This document shows positions 51,107-60,624 of a stretch of DNA of 64,000 nt, in pieces (position 1 is the stretch's first letter; the number at the start of each line of letters is the position of its first letter). Both the position numbers and the translations under genes were made by a program. Under the pieces are notes generated by a model. It saw only the letters and a list, made by a program, of their open reading frames with translations, did not search any database and was not told the origin of the DNA. This DNA comes from an uncultured delta proteobacterium (lineage in GTDB: Bacteria; Desulfobacterota; Binatia; UBA9968), in assembly GCA_963745035.1 (NCBI GenBank), contig CAVUVW010000027.1:192001-256000 (forward strand), written 5' to 3'.

Positions 51107-51155
51107 GGTGGTTCTTGAATCGGTTTGGGGTTTTGGCCGATTATCTCTTGTCGCA

Positions 51156-52190
51156 TTACTTCATTCCCAGAATCTTCGTGTACTCGCGTGTCAGGCGGTC
51201 GATCATCTCCGATTGGTTTTGCGCCATGTAGAGCACCTTTTTGCCCTGAACGTACTTGTTCGCGCGGGTGCCGGAAATGAAGGCTGAAGTGTGGCCGACG
51301 AACTCTTCCCAAATTTTCTGCGCCTCGGATGTCGTTAGAAACGCCGCAAAGAGATGGGCCGCCATTGGGTGGCGCGCGCCCTTGAGCACGCCGACGTGAT
51401 AGGCGGGCGAAACCACGGGCTGGATGTCGGCGAAGACGATGGGCGCTCCGGTTTTCTCGGCCGTGAAGATAAAGCTGTTCGTCAACGTGACCGCCAACGA
51501 TAATTCTCCCAGTAAAAGCCTGCTGTAAGTTTCTCCGAGCCGGCCGATGGCCGGAGCCTGCTGGGAAAGTGCCTTGATGTATTTGGTGGTCTCCTCTTCA
51601 CCCCACGCTGCGGCGAGCATGGCGAGGTGCGCCGGAGTCGCGTTCGTCACGCCCAGTTTTCCGCCTTTCCATTTCGGGTCGAGCAGGTCGTGCCAGCTCC
51701 GTGGCACATCGGCCGCCGGCAGAAGCTTCTTGTTGTAGGCCGGAAGCGTGAACTGGTTGGCGAAGGAAACGGTGCCGCTGTCGAAATTGATCACCTTGGG
51801 ATCAACGCCCAGAATGCGATAGTCGAAAGGCACGTGAACCTTTCTCAGCCACAACGTCGCATGATAGGTGTCCGGAAAGACGGCGACGTCGAAGTCAGTG
51901 GCTCCGCCGGTGGCCATCTGCGTGATGATACCGGCGAGATCTTTGTCCATGTTGGCCGAAGGCGAGAATTTGAATGTCACTGAAATACCGTGTTTGCGAT
52001 TGAATGCGGCATTGAGCCGTCGCGCGCCGCGTTCTTCCACCTGGGTGGGCGCATAGAATTCCAGCACGCCTTCCTTGTTGGCGGCGGCAATAACGTCTTT
52101 GACATCGGACTCGACGGCGGCAGAGCTTGCTTCCGGCAGGAGGCTTAGCAACAGAAATACGGTCAGAGCAATGGACTTCAACGAGTTCAT
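51156..52190 (-). CDS. ABC-type extracellular solute-binding protein (paralog of 49460-50482)
   Basis: Shared LEFYAP, PFDYR.LGV, GTVSFANQ and PAYHVGVLKG motifs. Confidence 0.85.
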   Translation of the reverse strand: MNSLKSIALTVFLLLSLLPEASSAAVESDVKDVIAAANKEGVLEFYAPTQVEERGARRLNAAFNRKHGISVTFKFSPSANMDKDLAGIITQMATGGATDFDVAVFPDTYHATLWLRKVHVPFDYRILGVDPKVINFDSGTVSFANQFTLPAYNKKLLPAADVPRSWHDLLDPKWKGGKLGVTNATPAHLAMLAAAWGEEETTKYIKALSQQAPAIGRLGETYSRLLLGELSLAVTLTNSFIFTAEKTGAPIVFADIQPVVSPAYHVGVLKGARHPMAAHLFAAFLTTSEAQKIWEEFVGHTSAFISGTRANKYVQGKKVLYMAQNQSEMIDRLTREYTKILGMK

Positions 52191-52347
52191 TTTGACTCCA
52201 CGTAAAAAAATAGAGTTCATTGATAGCCGCTGGGTTTGGCGCAGTCAAACGAACCGCAGCTTACGCGCCACCGACTTCGGCGGCTGAATTGAAAAACCGC
52301 CACCCCACGACTATAACCGAATCGAACGGTGCGGATTGGAGGCGTAC

Positions 52348-53537
52348 ATGTTTTCACCGATAAAATCGTCGCAGCTCTTTTCCGAAGAAGGTCTGTTTGC
52401 TTCTGGCGCTGCTGCCGGGGAGTTTGCTTTCCTGGCTCAAGACGGCCGGTCCGCAAACGGAAAATTGATCGATTCGAGCGCGGAAGCGCAGGCACGCCAG
52501 ACACTGGTCAATCTCGATGCAGGCTTAAAGTCAGGCGGGCTGGATCTGGGTGCTACCGTGAGCTTGATGGTGTATTTGCCGCACTACGAAGGTGCCAGTG
52601 AAATCGCCAACGTGCTTGCTGCTGCTTTTGGTGGGGATGCCAACAATCTTCCCGCAATCACGCTGGTCGGCGTAGCCGGCCTCGACGGTGGGTGCGCGGT
52701 CCGCATGGATGCGATTGCCACTTCCAGCCGAGATCGTGAGTCTTTCCGCTTGCGCGAACTAGCACTCGCGCAGGGCAGCCTGTGCCATGGCGTTCGAGTC
52801 GGGAATTTTGTGTTCTTGTCCGGCATCGATGCGGCGGATGGGCAGGGAAGCGTTGCCTCGCCTGTGACGATTCAATCCCAGACCACCGAAATACTTGCGA
52901 GGATCGACAAGCTGTTGAACAGCCAAAATCTTTCCCTTGGCGATCTCTGCCGCACGTTCATGTTCATGCCCGGCACGATTCACCGGCCGGGGTACGGAGA
53001 AGCGCGCAAGAAGGTTTACCACGGAATTTTTTCAGAAGATGAGTTTCCGCCCAATTCCGGCATTTACATTCCGAGCTTGGGCCGAGATATTTTGCTACGG
53101 TCTGTCGGCATTGCCTATCGCGGTGAAAAGAAAATTATCGCCAGTCCGAAAGTAAGAAAGGCTCCCGGCTCCTTCTCCCAATCGATGCGGACGGGTGACT
53201 GGCTTTGGATTGCCGGGCAAGATGCGGTGGGATTCAGCCGCGAAGTGGAGAACGAGAACAGCTTTGAAGGCCAGATCGAGGCGACCCTGCGCCATTTGAA
53301 AGACATCGTCGAAGAAGCCGGCGGCAGCCTGGACGACGTGGTGAAAACCACGGTTTATCTCATCGCCGGTCAGGACCGCTCGCGGTTTGCTCAATGCCTA
53401 TCGAGAGTTTCTTCGCTCGCTATCTGCGTTCTTCCACGATGCCAGCGGGACTGACGATGGAAGTGCAGGAGCTTTCGCCGCGCTGCCTAGTTGAGATCGA
53501 TGCGCTGGCTCTGTTGCCGGAGTCGTCGTCGCGCTGA
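52348..53537 (+). CDS. triple-repeat Rid-family protein, C-terminal frameshift
   Basis: Three Rid-like units (QARQTL.NL, FVFLSG..Q..IL, WIAGQ..Q...L..L); the end LVEIDALA lies in another frame. Confidence 0.75.
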
Positions 53538-53572
53538 TTTGCAGCTCGGAGAAGGACGATTTGGAAGAGGAC

Positions 53573-53660
53573 TCACCGCAGAGGCGCGGAGTGCGCCGAG
53601 ATAAAGAATTTGTTGTTGAGAAGTATTCCGAACTCTGCGAACTCTGAGCCTCTGCGGTGA
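53573..53660. repeat. about 88-bp palindromic intergenic element, copy 1
   Basis: 13-bp perfect IR TCACCGCAGAGGC/GCCTCTGCGGTGA; homologous to 56042-56128 in the opposite orientation. Confidence 0.8.
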
Positions 53661-53733
53661 AATATTGTTTCATCCGTGGAGGAGCTGTCGCGGTGGCGCT
53701 ATGACGCAGCAAAAAGGCACAGGGGAAGAAAAG

Positions 53734-54880
53734 ATGGGCACTGACCAGTCGATAGACCTCTATCGCACCGAGCCCGGCACTCTCGCTGGGCGCTATCTGC
53801 GATCATTTTGGCAGCCGGTTTGCCGCGCCAAGGATTTGCCTGTGGGCGAAGCCGTGCCGCTGCGGATCATGAGCGAGGACTTTACGCTTTACCGCGGAGA
53901 AACCGGCACGCCGCACGTCGTCGCGTTTCGCTGCGCGCATCGCGGCACCCAACTCTCGGCCGGCTGGGTGGAAGGTGATTGTATTCGCTGTTTTTATCAC
54001 GGCTGGAAATATGACGCGGCGGGTCAATGTGTCGAGCAACCGGGCGAGGACGCGTCGTTCAAGGCGAAGATCAAGATTCGCAGCTACCCCACCAAAGAGT
54101 ACCTCGGGCTCATCTTTGTATTCCTGGGCGAAGGCGTCGCGCCGCCGTTCCCGCGTTACTCCGACCTGGACGGCGGCATCGTCGACGTGCTGCTCAGCGA
54201 AGAGTGGCCGTGCAATTATTTCAATCGGCTCGACAACCTGGGCGATCCGGTCCATGTGCCGTTTACCCATAGAGAATCGCGCAGCAGGATCGGCATCGAC
54301 GTGGTGGTGCCCGACGCGCTGATCGCAGAGGAAAACGACGTCGGCATCAAATTGACCCGGAAGTTGGGCGGCGGGAAGACCGAGGCGCGCTACATCCTCA
54401 TGCCGAATATGAATCATCTGAGACATCCGCTGCGCATCAAAGGACCGATGGCAAAAGAACTCGGCGAAGGATCGGTGGACCGATTCTTGTGGCGCGTGCC
54501 CATCGAGAACGACCGCTGTCTTGGGGCTGGGCGTCGATGTCGTGCATCTCAAAAGCGAGGAAGCGAGAAAAAAGTTTCTACAGTTTTCCGCCGAATCGGA
54601 AGGGGAGGGTCCAAGCCATGTGGAGTTAGGGGAAAAGGTTCTGCAAGGCAAGGCCAAGATCAGGAATATGAATGGCGCCGACAATTACGAGCTGACCCGG
54701 ATCGAAGACTACGTCGCTCAGGTAGGGCAGGGCGCGATGGCGGATGCCAGCAATTTCCACCTGGGCCGCAACGACGCCGTCGTGATACTTTTCCGAAAAA
54801 TTTGGGAGCGCGAGCTGCGGGCGCTTGCGGAGTCGCAGCCGACGAAGCAGTGGAAGACGCTGTCGAAGCGCGGATTTTGA
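53734..54880 (+). CDS. Rieske oxygenase alpha subunit (phthalate 4,5-dioxygenase-like), frameshift near 54525
   Basis: PGTLAGRYLRSFWQP, CAHRG...CFYHGW, DN..DPVHVPFTH and EDYVAQVGQG motifs. Confidence 0.85.
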
Positions 54881-54897
54881 AACAGCGTAAAAAGAAG

Positions 54898-55042
54898 AAA
54901 ATCCGAAATTCGAATTTCGAAATCCGAAACAAATTCGAATTTTCAAACAATGCAAAGATTAGGGGCAAATGGAGTTTTGAGCTTTCGGATTTGTGATTTG
55001 GCTTCGTTTGTTTCGGATTTCGAGCTTCGGATTTCGAAATTT
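54898..55042. repeat. inverted array of 7-bp units (AAATCCG/CGGATTT)
   Basis: Left arm AAATCCG AAATTCG AATTTCG AAATCCG AAACAAA; the right arm is a degenerate reverse complement. Confidence 0.8.
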
Positions 55043-55063
55043 GGTTCGCTTGTCAAGGTGAGT

Positions 55064-56032
55064 ATGAAAGCATCTTTTATTAATTTTGCGCTGTCTTTCA
55101 TTTTGTTCTGCGCTGGTCTCCTGTCGGTTGCACGCGCCGCCGACATTGCGAAGGTGCACCGAACCGGCATCGGTAGTCCCAATGCGTTCATGTTCGTCGC
55201 GGGAATCGACAAGGGATTCTACAAGGACCAGGGTCTCGAGACCCTGACGATCATGGCGCAGCCGCAGGTGGGCGTGCAGGGACTCATCGGCGGGAGCTTC
55301 GACTTCAGTCAGATCCTGGGCGCGAGCACGACCGCGATCATGCGCGGCGTCGGCCTCAAGATCGTGATGGTGTTCGACAGCAAGCCGCAGTTTTGGCTTT
55401 ACGGCGCGCCGGAGATCAAGACCTTGCAAGACGTTCGGGGAAAGACCGTGGCGATTCAAACCATCGGCGGCGCCAGCGGACAGATGACTCGCGAGCTGCT
55501 CAGCAAGAGCGGCATCGATCCGCAGCGCGACGTGACGATTCAGGTCATACCTTTGGAAGGCCGGCTGGCCGCCTTGGGCAGCGGCGGGGTTGCCGCCACG
55601 GTGGTCAACGCGCCGGAGCGCACGCGAGCAAACAGGATGGGATTCAACGAGCTGGCATCCTATGGCGACCATTTCGAGTATTCGAGCGGCGGCGTTGCCC
55701 TCACGGACAAAATGCTCGCGGAGCGGCCGGACTTCGTGCGGCGGTTTTTGGCCGCCACGCTGCAAACCTTGCAATGGTACAGAAGGAACGAGAAAGAGGC
55801 GGTGAAGATGTTCGCGCGCTTTAGCAAAGTGCCGGAAGAGGATGCTCTGGCCGTGTATCGTGCATCGGTGAAGGCGTACACCGAAGACGGCACGCTATCG
55901 CCGGCCGTGCAGGAGCGCATTATCAATTTTCACAAGAACGAAGTGAAGATCGACAAGGATGTTCCGGCGCAGCGGGTTTTTAGTTTCAATCTATTGCACT
56001 CGATTTTGAGCGAGCGGGGTAAAGTGAAATAA
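55064..56032 (+). CDS. SsuA/NMT1-like ABC substrate-binding protein
   Basis: Signal peptide; DKGFYKDQGL, GIDPQRDV and R.AAL..G motifs. Confidence 0.85.
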   Translation: MKASFINFALSFILFCAGLLSVARAADIAKVHRTGIGSPNAFMFVAGIDKGFYKDQGLETLTIMAQPQVGVQGLIGGSFDFSQILGASTTAIMRGVGLKIVMVFDSKPQFWLYGAPEIKTLQDVRGKTVAIQTIGGASGQMTRELLSKSGIDPQRDVTIQVIPLEGRLAALGSGGVAATVVNAPERTRANRMGFNELASYGDHFEYSSGGVALTDKMLAERPDFVRRFLAATLQTLQWYRRNEKEAVKMFARFSKVPEEDALAVYRASVKAYTEDGTLSPAVQERIINFHKNEVKIDKDVPAQRVFSFNLLHSILSERGKVK

Positions 56033-56041
56033 GGAAATTTT

Positions 56042-56128
56042 TTACCGCAGAGACACGGAGATCGCAGAGTTCGGAATATTTGTTAATGATGAACTCTTAC
56101 CTCGGCGTACTCTGCGTCTCTGCGGTGA
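56042..56128. repeat. about 88-bp palindromic intergenic element, copy 2
   Basis: ACCGCAGAGAC/GTCTCTGCGGT IR; shares internal CGCAGAGTTCGGAATA with the reverse complement of copy 1. Confidence 0.8.
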
Positions 56129-56144
56129 AGACTCTGTTATTGAA

Positions 56145-57194
56145 CTAGAAGCCATATCTCTCAAGCACGGCCATCGCAGCGTTGAACGCCGGCTTGAGCT
56201 CGGCCCGCGTGCTGACGTCTTCGTATGCGGCGCGCACGGCGTCGTCTTTGAAAACGTCGCTGACGGGAATCGGCCGCTCCAGCCTGCCTCTCTTGACCAT
56301 CTCCTGAATGATGCGTTCGAGCGCGTGAGGCTCGATACCGCCGTCCATCGGCAACGCCCAGCTATCGACGCGATCCGGCGCCGAAGCTATGAACAGGCGC
56401 TGTTCGTCTTCATTGTGAGTAAGCTTTCGTAGCCGCTTTTCGAGGTCATAAAGGTACTGAAAATTATTCACATCGCGCATGAACCAGAAGGTGCGCGTGA
56501 TGGCGCGAAAATACGCCTTCAGTTCTTCGCCGCGATGTTCGATGGTTGCGCGCGGCGCCACCGTGACCTTGCCGGGGCGGCGCGGAAAAACTTTGTTGGG
56601 ATCGAGGATGACCGGGTAGCCTTCTTTTTCCAATTCATCGGAGAAGGGCGGCGACGAGGTGATCGCGTTGACCTTGCCGGAGCGGAGCATGTCGATATGC
56701 GCCGGGTTGTTGCGGTAGCCGAACACCGGATCGTGGACCAGCTCGACCTCGGTTTGCGGATCGACGCCCGCGTCTCTCAAGGCTTCTTCAATGAAGAATT
56801 CGACGAGACCGCCGCCGTCCGCCGAATTTTCCCGCACGCCGATCTTGCCGCCGCGGAGCTTGCTTATGTCGGTGATGTGCTTGGAGCCGTACCATTTTAG
56901 AAACGGGGTGTAACGCCAGCCGCCGACGATGTAGACATCGGCGCCTTGCACCCGCTGGACGATCGCCGATTCAGTGTCCACCGCGGTGGCGATGTCCACG
57001 CCGTGTTCCTTGATCGCGAGTCCGAGAGTGTGACTCTCGGAAGGGCCGGGCAAAAGCCCGCTGCGCTCATATTCGTAACGGGTGAGACCCTCCTGTTTGA
57101 AAAAACCCCGTTCTTCGGCGACATACATCGCCACCCAGTGGCCGACATGATAGTTGACGTTGGCGATCAGAATAGGTTGGTCCAGCGTGCTCAT
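56145..57194 (-). CDS. SsuA/THI5-like binding-fold protein without signal peptide
   Basis: MSTLDQPILIANVNYHVGH, VAEERGFF and GVDP..EV motifs. Confidence 0.75.
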   Translation of the reverse strand: MSTLDQPILIANVNYHVGHWVAMYVAEERGFFKQEGLTRYEYERSGLLPGPSESHTLGLAIKEHGVDIATAVDTESAIVQRVQGADVYIVGGWRYTPFLKWYGSKHITDISKLRGGKIGVRENSADGGGLVEFFIEEALRDAGVDPQTEVELVHDPVFGYRNNPAHIDMLRSGKVNAITSSPPFSDELEKEGYPVILDPNKVFPRRPGKVTVAPRATIEHRGEELKAYFRAITRTFWFMRDVNNFQYLYDLEKRLRKLTHNEDEQRLFIASAPDRVDSWALPMDGGIEPHALERIIQEMVKRGRLERPIPVSDVFKDDAVRAAYEDVSTRAELKPAFNAAMAVLERYGF

Positions 57195-57421
57195 GAAAGT
57201 TCTCCTTAATTGCTGTTTTGACGGCCAGAGCTTCTGAAGTATGGCTCCGTCGTAAAATGATCATCCAGCTCACAGCGAGAGTAATGTTTCATTTAACGCG
57301 TGGTTCTGCCGCGGTCAAATCCTTCCTTACAGCTGCTCCCACTTGCGACGACCGCGCGATTGCTTGACGGCAAACCTATGTGCGGATAAAGGAGGCGAAG
57401 CACAGCACGACGGGGGTTCCT

Positions 57422-58393
57422 ATGGCAGTTTTTGGACTCATCGCATTTCTTGTCTTCGCGAGTGCATCGCACGGCTTTTCAGCCGAGAGTCAAAAGGCGG
57501 ATCGAGTGCGCATCGGCTACTCGTCGATTTCCAGCAGCCGCATCGCTCTTTGGGTGGCAAACGACATGGGCTTTTTCAGGAAGAACGGCCTGACCGCCGA
57601 AGTCATCGTGACGCCGGGCGTGCAGGGAACGCAGGCGCTCATCGCCGGCGAGCTGCAGTTTTATCTCGGCGGCGTGGACTCGGCGGCGCTGGCGGCAGCG
57701 CGCGGATCCGATCTCGTCGCCTTGGCTACCGCAGAGCCCATCGAGTACAAGCTTATCACTCAGCCCAACGTCAAGACGGTTAAAGAACTACGGGGAAAGA
57801 AGATCGTCGTCGATCGCGTCGGCGGCACAAGCTACTATATCTCGCTGCAGATCCTCGAAAAGGTGGGCTTGAAAACCGGTGAGGTCGAGCTGGTGCAGGT
57901 CGGCGGCGGGGGAAATCAGCGGGTCGCGGCGTTCAAGTCCGGGTTGGTCGCTGGTGTGGTGACCTCTCCGGATCGGTTCGAGCAATTGAAAATCCCCTAC
58001 TTTGTTTTGGCGGATGCCGCGGAGATGGGCATCAAAGTGATGGGCAACTCTTATCTCACGACGCGAAGCTTTCGCGATCAAAACAAAGACGTGGTGCTGC
58101 GCACCGTGAGGGCGTTGGTGCAAGGGCGGCGTTGGGCCAAGGAGCCGAAGAATCGGCAAGAGGTGCTAAGGATCTACAATCGTTATCTGCCCAGCCCGGA
58201 TTCGGCATTTATGGACCACCTGTACCGCAAGAACGTGGAGGCGATGCCACTTCATCCTTACACCAACATCGATGATCTGAGAGTTTTTCTCTCGTATCTG
58301 TCGGATGCCAATCCGACTCTGCGCAATTTGAAGCTGGCGGAGTTTGTCGACAACAGCTATCTCAAGCGGGTGGAGCAAGAGGGAGCCAGCTAA
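57422..58393 (+). CDS. SsuA/NMT1-like ABC substrate-binding protein
   Basis: Signal peptide; RIGYSS, GFFRKNGL, QALIAG and RVAA motifs. Confidence 0.85.
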   Translation: MAVFGLIAFLVFASASHGFSAESQKADRVRIGYSSISSSRIALWVANDMGFFRKNGLTAEVIVTPGVQGTQALIAGELQFYLGGVDSAALAAARGSDLVALATAEPIEYKLITQPNVKTVKELRGKKIVVDRVGGTSYYISLQILEKVGLKTGEVELVQVGGGGNQRVAAFKSGLVAGVVTSPDRFEQLKIPYFVLADAAEMGIKVMGNSYLTTRSFRDQNKDVVLRTVRALVQGRRWAKEPKNRQEVLRIYNRYLPSPDSAFMDHLYRKNVEAMPLHPYTNIDDLRVFLSYLSDANPTLRNLKLAEFVDNSYLKRVEQEGAS

Positions 58394-58458
58394 TGTGCGC
58401 TTTTCGGTGGCTCGTAGAAGGCGTCGTGCCGTCGGTCCGCGCGGAAATCTCCCGTCGC

Positions 58459-58477
58459 CCCTCTTTGTCAAAGAGGG
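58459..58477. terminator. hairpin between convergent genes (REP-like or bidirectional terminator)
   Basis: CCCTCTTT-GTC-AAAGAGGG perfect 8-bp stem. Confidence 0.45.
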
Positions 58478-58528
58478 AAATCGCTTCGGGCAAGAATCTG
58501 GATGCTGGTTTTCACCGCATGACGGGAA

Positions 58529-59359
58529 TTAAATGGGTTGCCAGGCTGCCAGTGTTGCGGCGGTGGACCAGTCTTTGCCGGCTATATAGTCGGTGAACGA
58601 GGGTTTGGCATTGCCGAGCACACCCTGGAGTGTGATCCAGATCAGGATCTCGTTGGCCACTCCTGCGCGATCCAAAATTTCCGGCGTCGCTTTGTCGACC
58701 ATGTCCTGTCCCTTACCGGCCTTCACCAAAGCAAGAAATTCCAAATCCAGCGCGGTATCGATGGAGCCCATCTTGGGGCCGCCGATATCTCCGGAAAAGC
58801 TGCCGCTGGCGAGCACCGCCACTTTGCCGTTGTAGTGATTGCGAATGTAATCTCCTATCTGCTGTCCGAGCCGAAAGCAGCGCGCCGCGGTGGGCCGCGG
58901 TGGCAGCATACCGTTAATGTGCAGCGGCACGATCGGCAAATCCATGTGCGGCGTCAGCAGGCTCAACGGCACCATGAAAGCGTGATCCAGGATCATTTCC
59001 TGCGAGTAGCTGAAGTCGATGCCGCTTTCGATGCCATAATTCAGCAGTCCCTTGGCCATCGCCGTGTCGACTTTCAACGTCGCGCGCGGAATGCGTAGCT
59101 CCGCCATTTCCTTCGGCGCCGGACCCGTGCAGGTGTCCGAGACACCGAGGCAAAACATTGGCGCGTTGTTGTAGAAAAAGTTGGTCACATGGTCGCTGGT
59201 CAAAATCATAAGACAGTCGGGAGAAGCTGCCGAAAGGTCTTTTTTCAATCGACCGAAAGCGGAATCGAGCTTGGCCTGCACCTCAGGCGAGATCCGGTCC
59301 GGCCGGGACGTGATATTGGGATTGTGCGGCGCGGCGAGGCCCAGAGCGATCTTGCCCAT
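58529..59359 (-). CDS. LigB-like class III extradiol dioxygenase beta subunit
   Basis: APHNP, SDH..NFF, DHAF.VP, RC..LG and E...W motifs. Confidence 0.8.
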   Translation of the reverse strand: MGKIALGLAAPHNPNITSRPDRISPEVQAKLDSAFGRLKKDLSAASPDCLMILTSDHVTNFFYNNAPMFCLGVSDTCTGPAPKEMAELRIPRATLKVDTAMAKGLLNYGIESGIDFSYSQEMILDHAFMVPLSLLTPHMDLPIVPLHINGMLPPRPTAARCFRLGQQIGDYIRNHYNGKVAVLASGSFSGDIGGPKMGSIDTALDLEFLALVKAGKGQDMVDKATPEILDRAGVANEILIWITLQGVLGNAKPSFTDYIAGKDWSTAATLAAWQPI

Positions 59360-59362
59360 AAA

Positions 59363-59614
59363 CTATTCTCCCCTGACTTGTTTGAAGTAAATAGCGGGTT
59401 TCAGATCCATCAGCCGGGCGAACTGCCAGAGAAGAAAACTATGCGCGCCCATGCGGTAAAGCGCGCCGGCATCGACTTCGCGGATCGCCTTGAGCTCGGC
59501 TTCTTGCAAGTCATAGCGTTTGAGCACGGCATCGGCGCTCTGCTTATACTTTTCTTGCAGTTCCAGATCGTTAAACAAAGCGAAGAGCAGTTTGTCCACT
59601 TGATAGAGGCTCAT
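59363..59614 (-). CDS. LigA-like aromatic ring-opening dioxygenase small subunit
   Basis: MSLYQVDK, YDL.E.E..AI...D...LY.MGAH..LL; adjacent to the LigB-like gene. Confidence 0.8.
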   Translation of the reverse strand: MSLYQVDKLLFALFNDLELQEKYKQSADAVLKRYDLQEAELKAIREVDAGALYRMGAHSFLLWQFARLMDLKPAIYFKQVRGE

Positions 59615-60609
59615 TTGCTTTTCCTCATCTCTTCGTTGAGCGAGCGCACGATCGACAGGTCATAGACGTTCTCGGGCGAGACTTCGCGCTCGACCTTGAG
59701 CGATTTCCGCTGAAACGCGATCATCTTTTCCTGCAGGCTGCGCGGAATCGTGCCGTCGGCCGACATGACCCGCACCCAGGCTCTGTAAATGTCGATCGCT
59801 TCAGCGTCGGAAATCTTCATGATCGGCAGCATGCGCGCGACCACTTCTTTCTCGTTGCTCTTGAGCCAATGGAATCCCTTGAGGGTTCCGCGCAGAAACT
59901 TGCGCACCAAGTCCGGCCGTTGCGCCAGGAGTCTTTCGGTGGTGACCGCGCCGGCGGTGACGAATTCCAAATCATCGCCGTAAAAGAGCAGCTCGTTGAA
60001 GCCGTTTTTCTTGGCGATGATGCGGTCCATTTGGTTGACCACGGCCGCATCGACCGCTCCCGTCATCAGCGCCGCCAAGCGGTTGGGAGTAGGCTCGATG
60101 GCGCGCAGCACTACGTCCCTGTGCGGATCGATACCGCGCTTGGGCAAAAGATCGCGCGTCATTTGATCCAGCGCGGCGCCGAAGCTCGACACGGCGACCT
60201 GTTTGCCGCCCTTGAGATCCTGCAGCGATTTGATTTCTTTGCGGGCGAAGAGCCAGTTCAGCGGTTGGGTATCGAAAACCATGACGATCTTGAGCGGCAC
60301 GCCTCTTAGAATCGCGCCGGCGCCCTGGCCGAGAATCTGGCTGAAGTGAAAACTGCCGCCGACCAGTCCCTGAATGCCCGGCAACATGCCGGCCTGGATC
60401 GGGCGAACGTCGAGTCCTTCCTCCCGATAGAAGCCTTTCTCGTTGGCAAACCTATAAAGCAGCGCATTGCCGCTCACGCCGGCCGAGATATGCAGATTGA
60501 CTTCGTCGAGCGCGAAGGAAGGAACAGCCGGCACGAGGCTCAGGGTCAACAAGAAAGCCAGTAACAATTGGTTTGCCGCCCGATGGCACAATAACATTGT
60601 CGATTTCAT
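59611..60609 (-). CDS. SsuA/NMT1-like ABC substrate-binding protein (paralog of 55064)
   Basis: Signal peptide; shared QGL.GGSF.FSQILG and LKIVMVFD motifs. Confidence 0.85.
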   Translation of the reverse strand: MKSTMLLCHRAANQLLLAFLLTLSLVPAVPSFALDEVNLHISAGVSGNALLYRFANEKGFYREEGLDVRPIQAGMLPGIQGLVGGSFHFSQILGQGAGAILRGVPLKIVMVFDTQPLNWLFARKEIKSLQDLKGGKQVAVSSFGAALDQMTRDLLPKRGIDPHRDVVLRAIEPTPNRLAALMTGAVDAAVVNQMDRIIAKKNGFNELLFYGDDLEFVTAGAVTTERLLAQRPDLVRKFLRGTLKGFHWLKSNEKEVVARMLPIMKISDAEAIDIYRAWVRVMSADGTIPRSLQEKMIAFQRKSLKVEREVSPENVYDLSIVRSLNEEMRKSK

Positions 60610-60624
60610 AATCTTTTGTTTCCT

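Noticed and set aside
54950-55063. N-terminal extension of the SBP (FRICDL...FELRISKF)
   Set aside because: Translation of the 7-bp repeat array, not protein; the signal peptide starts at 55064
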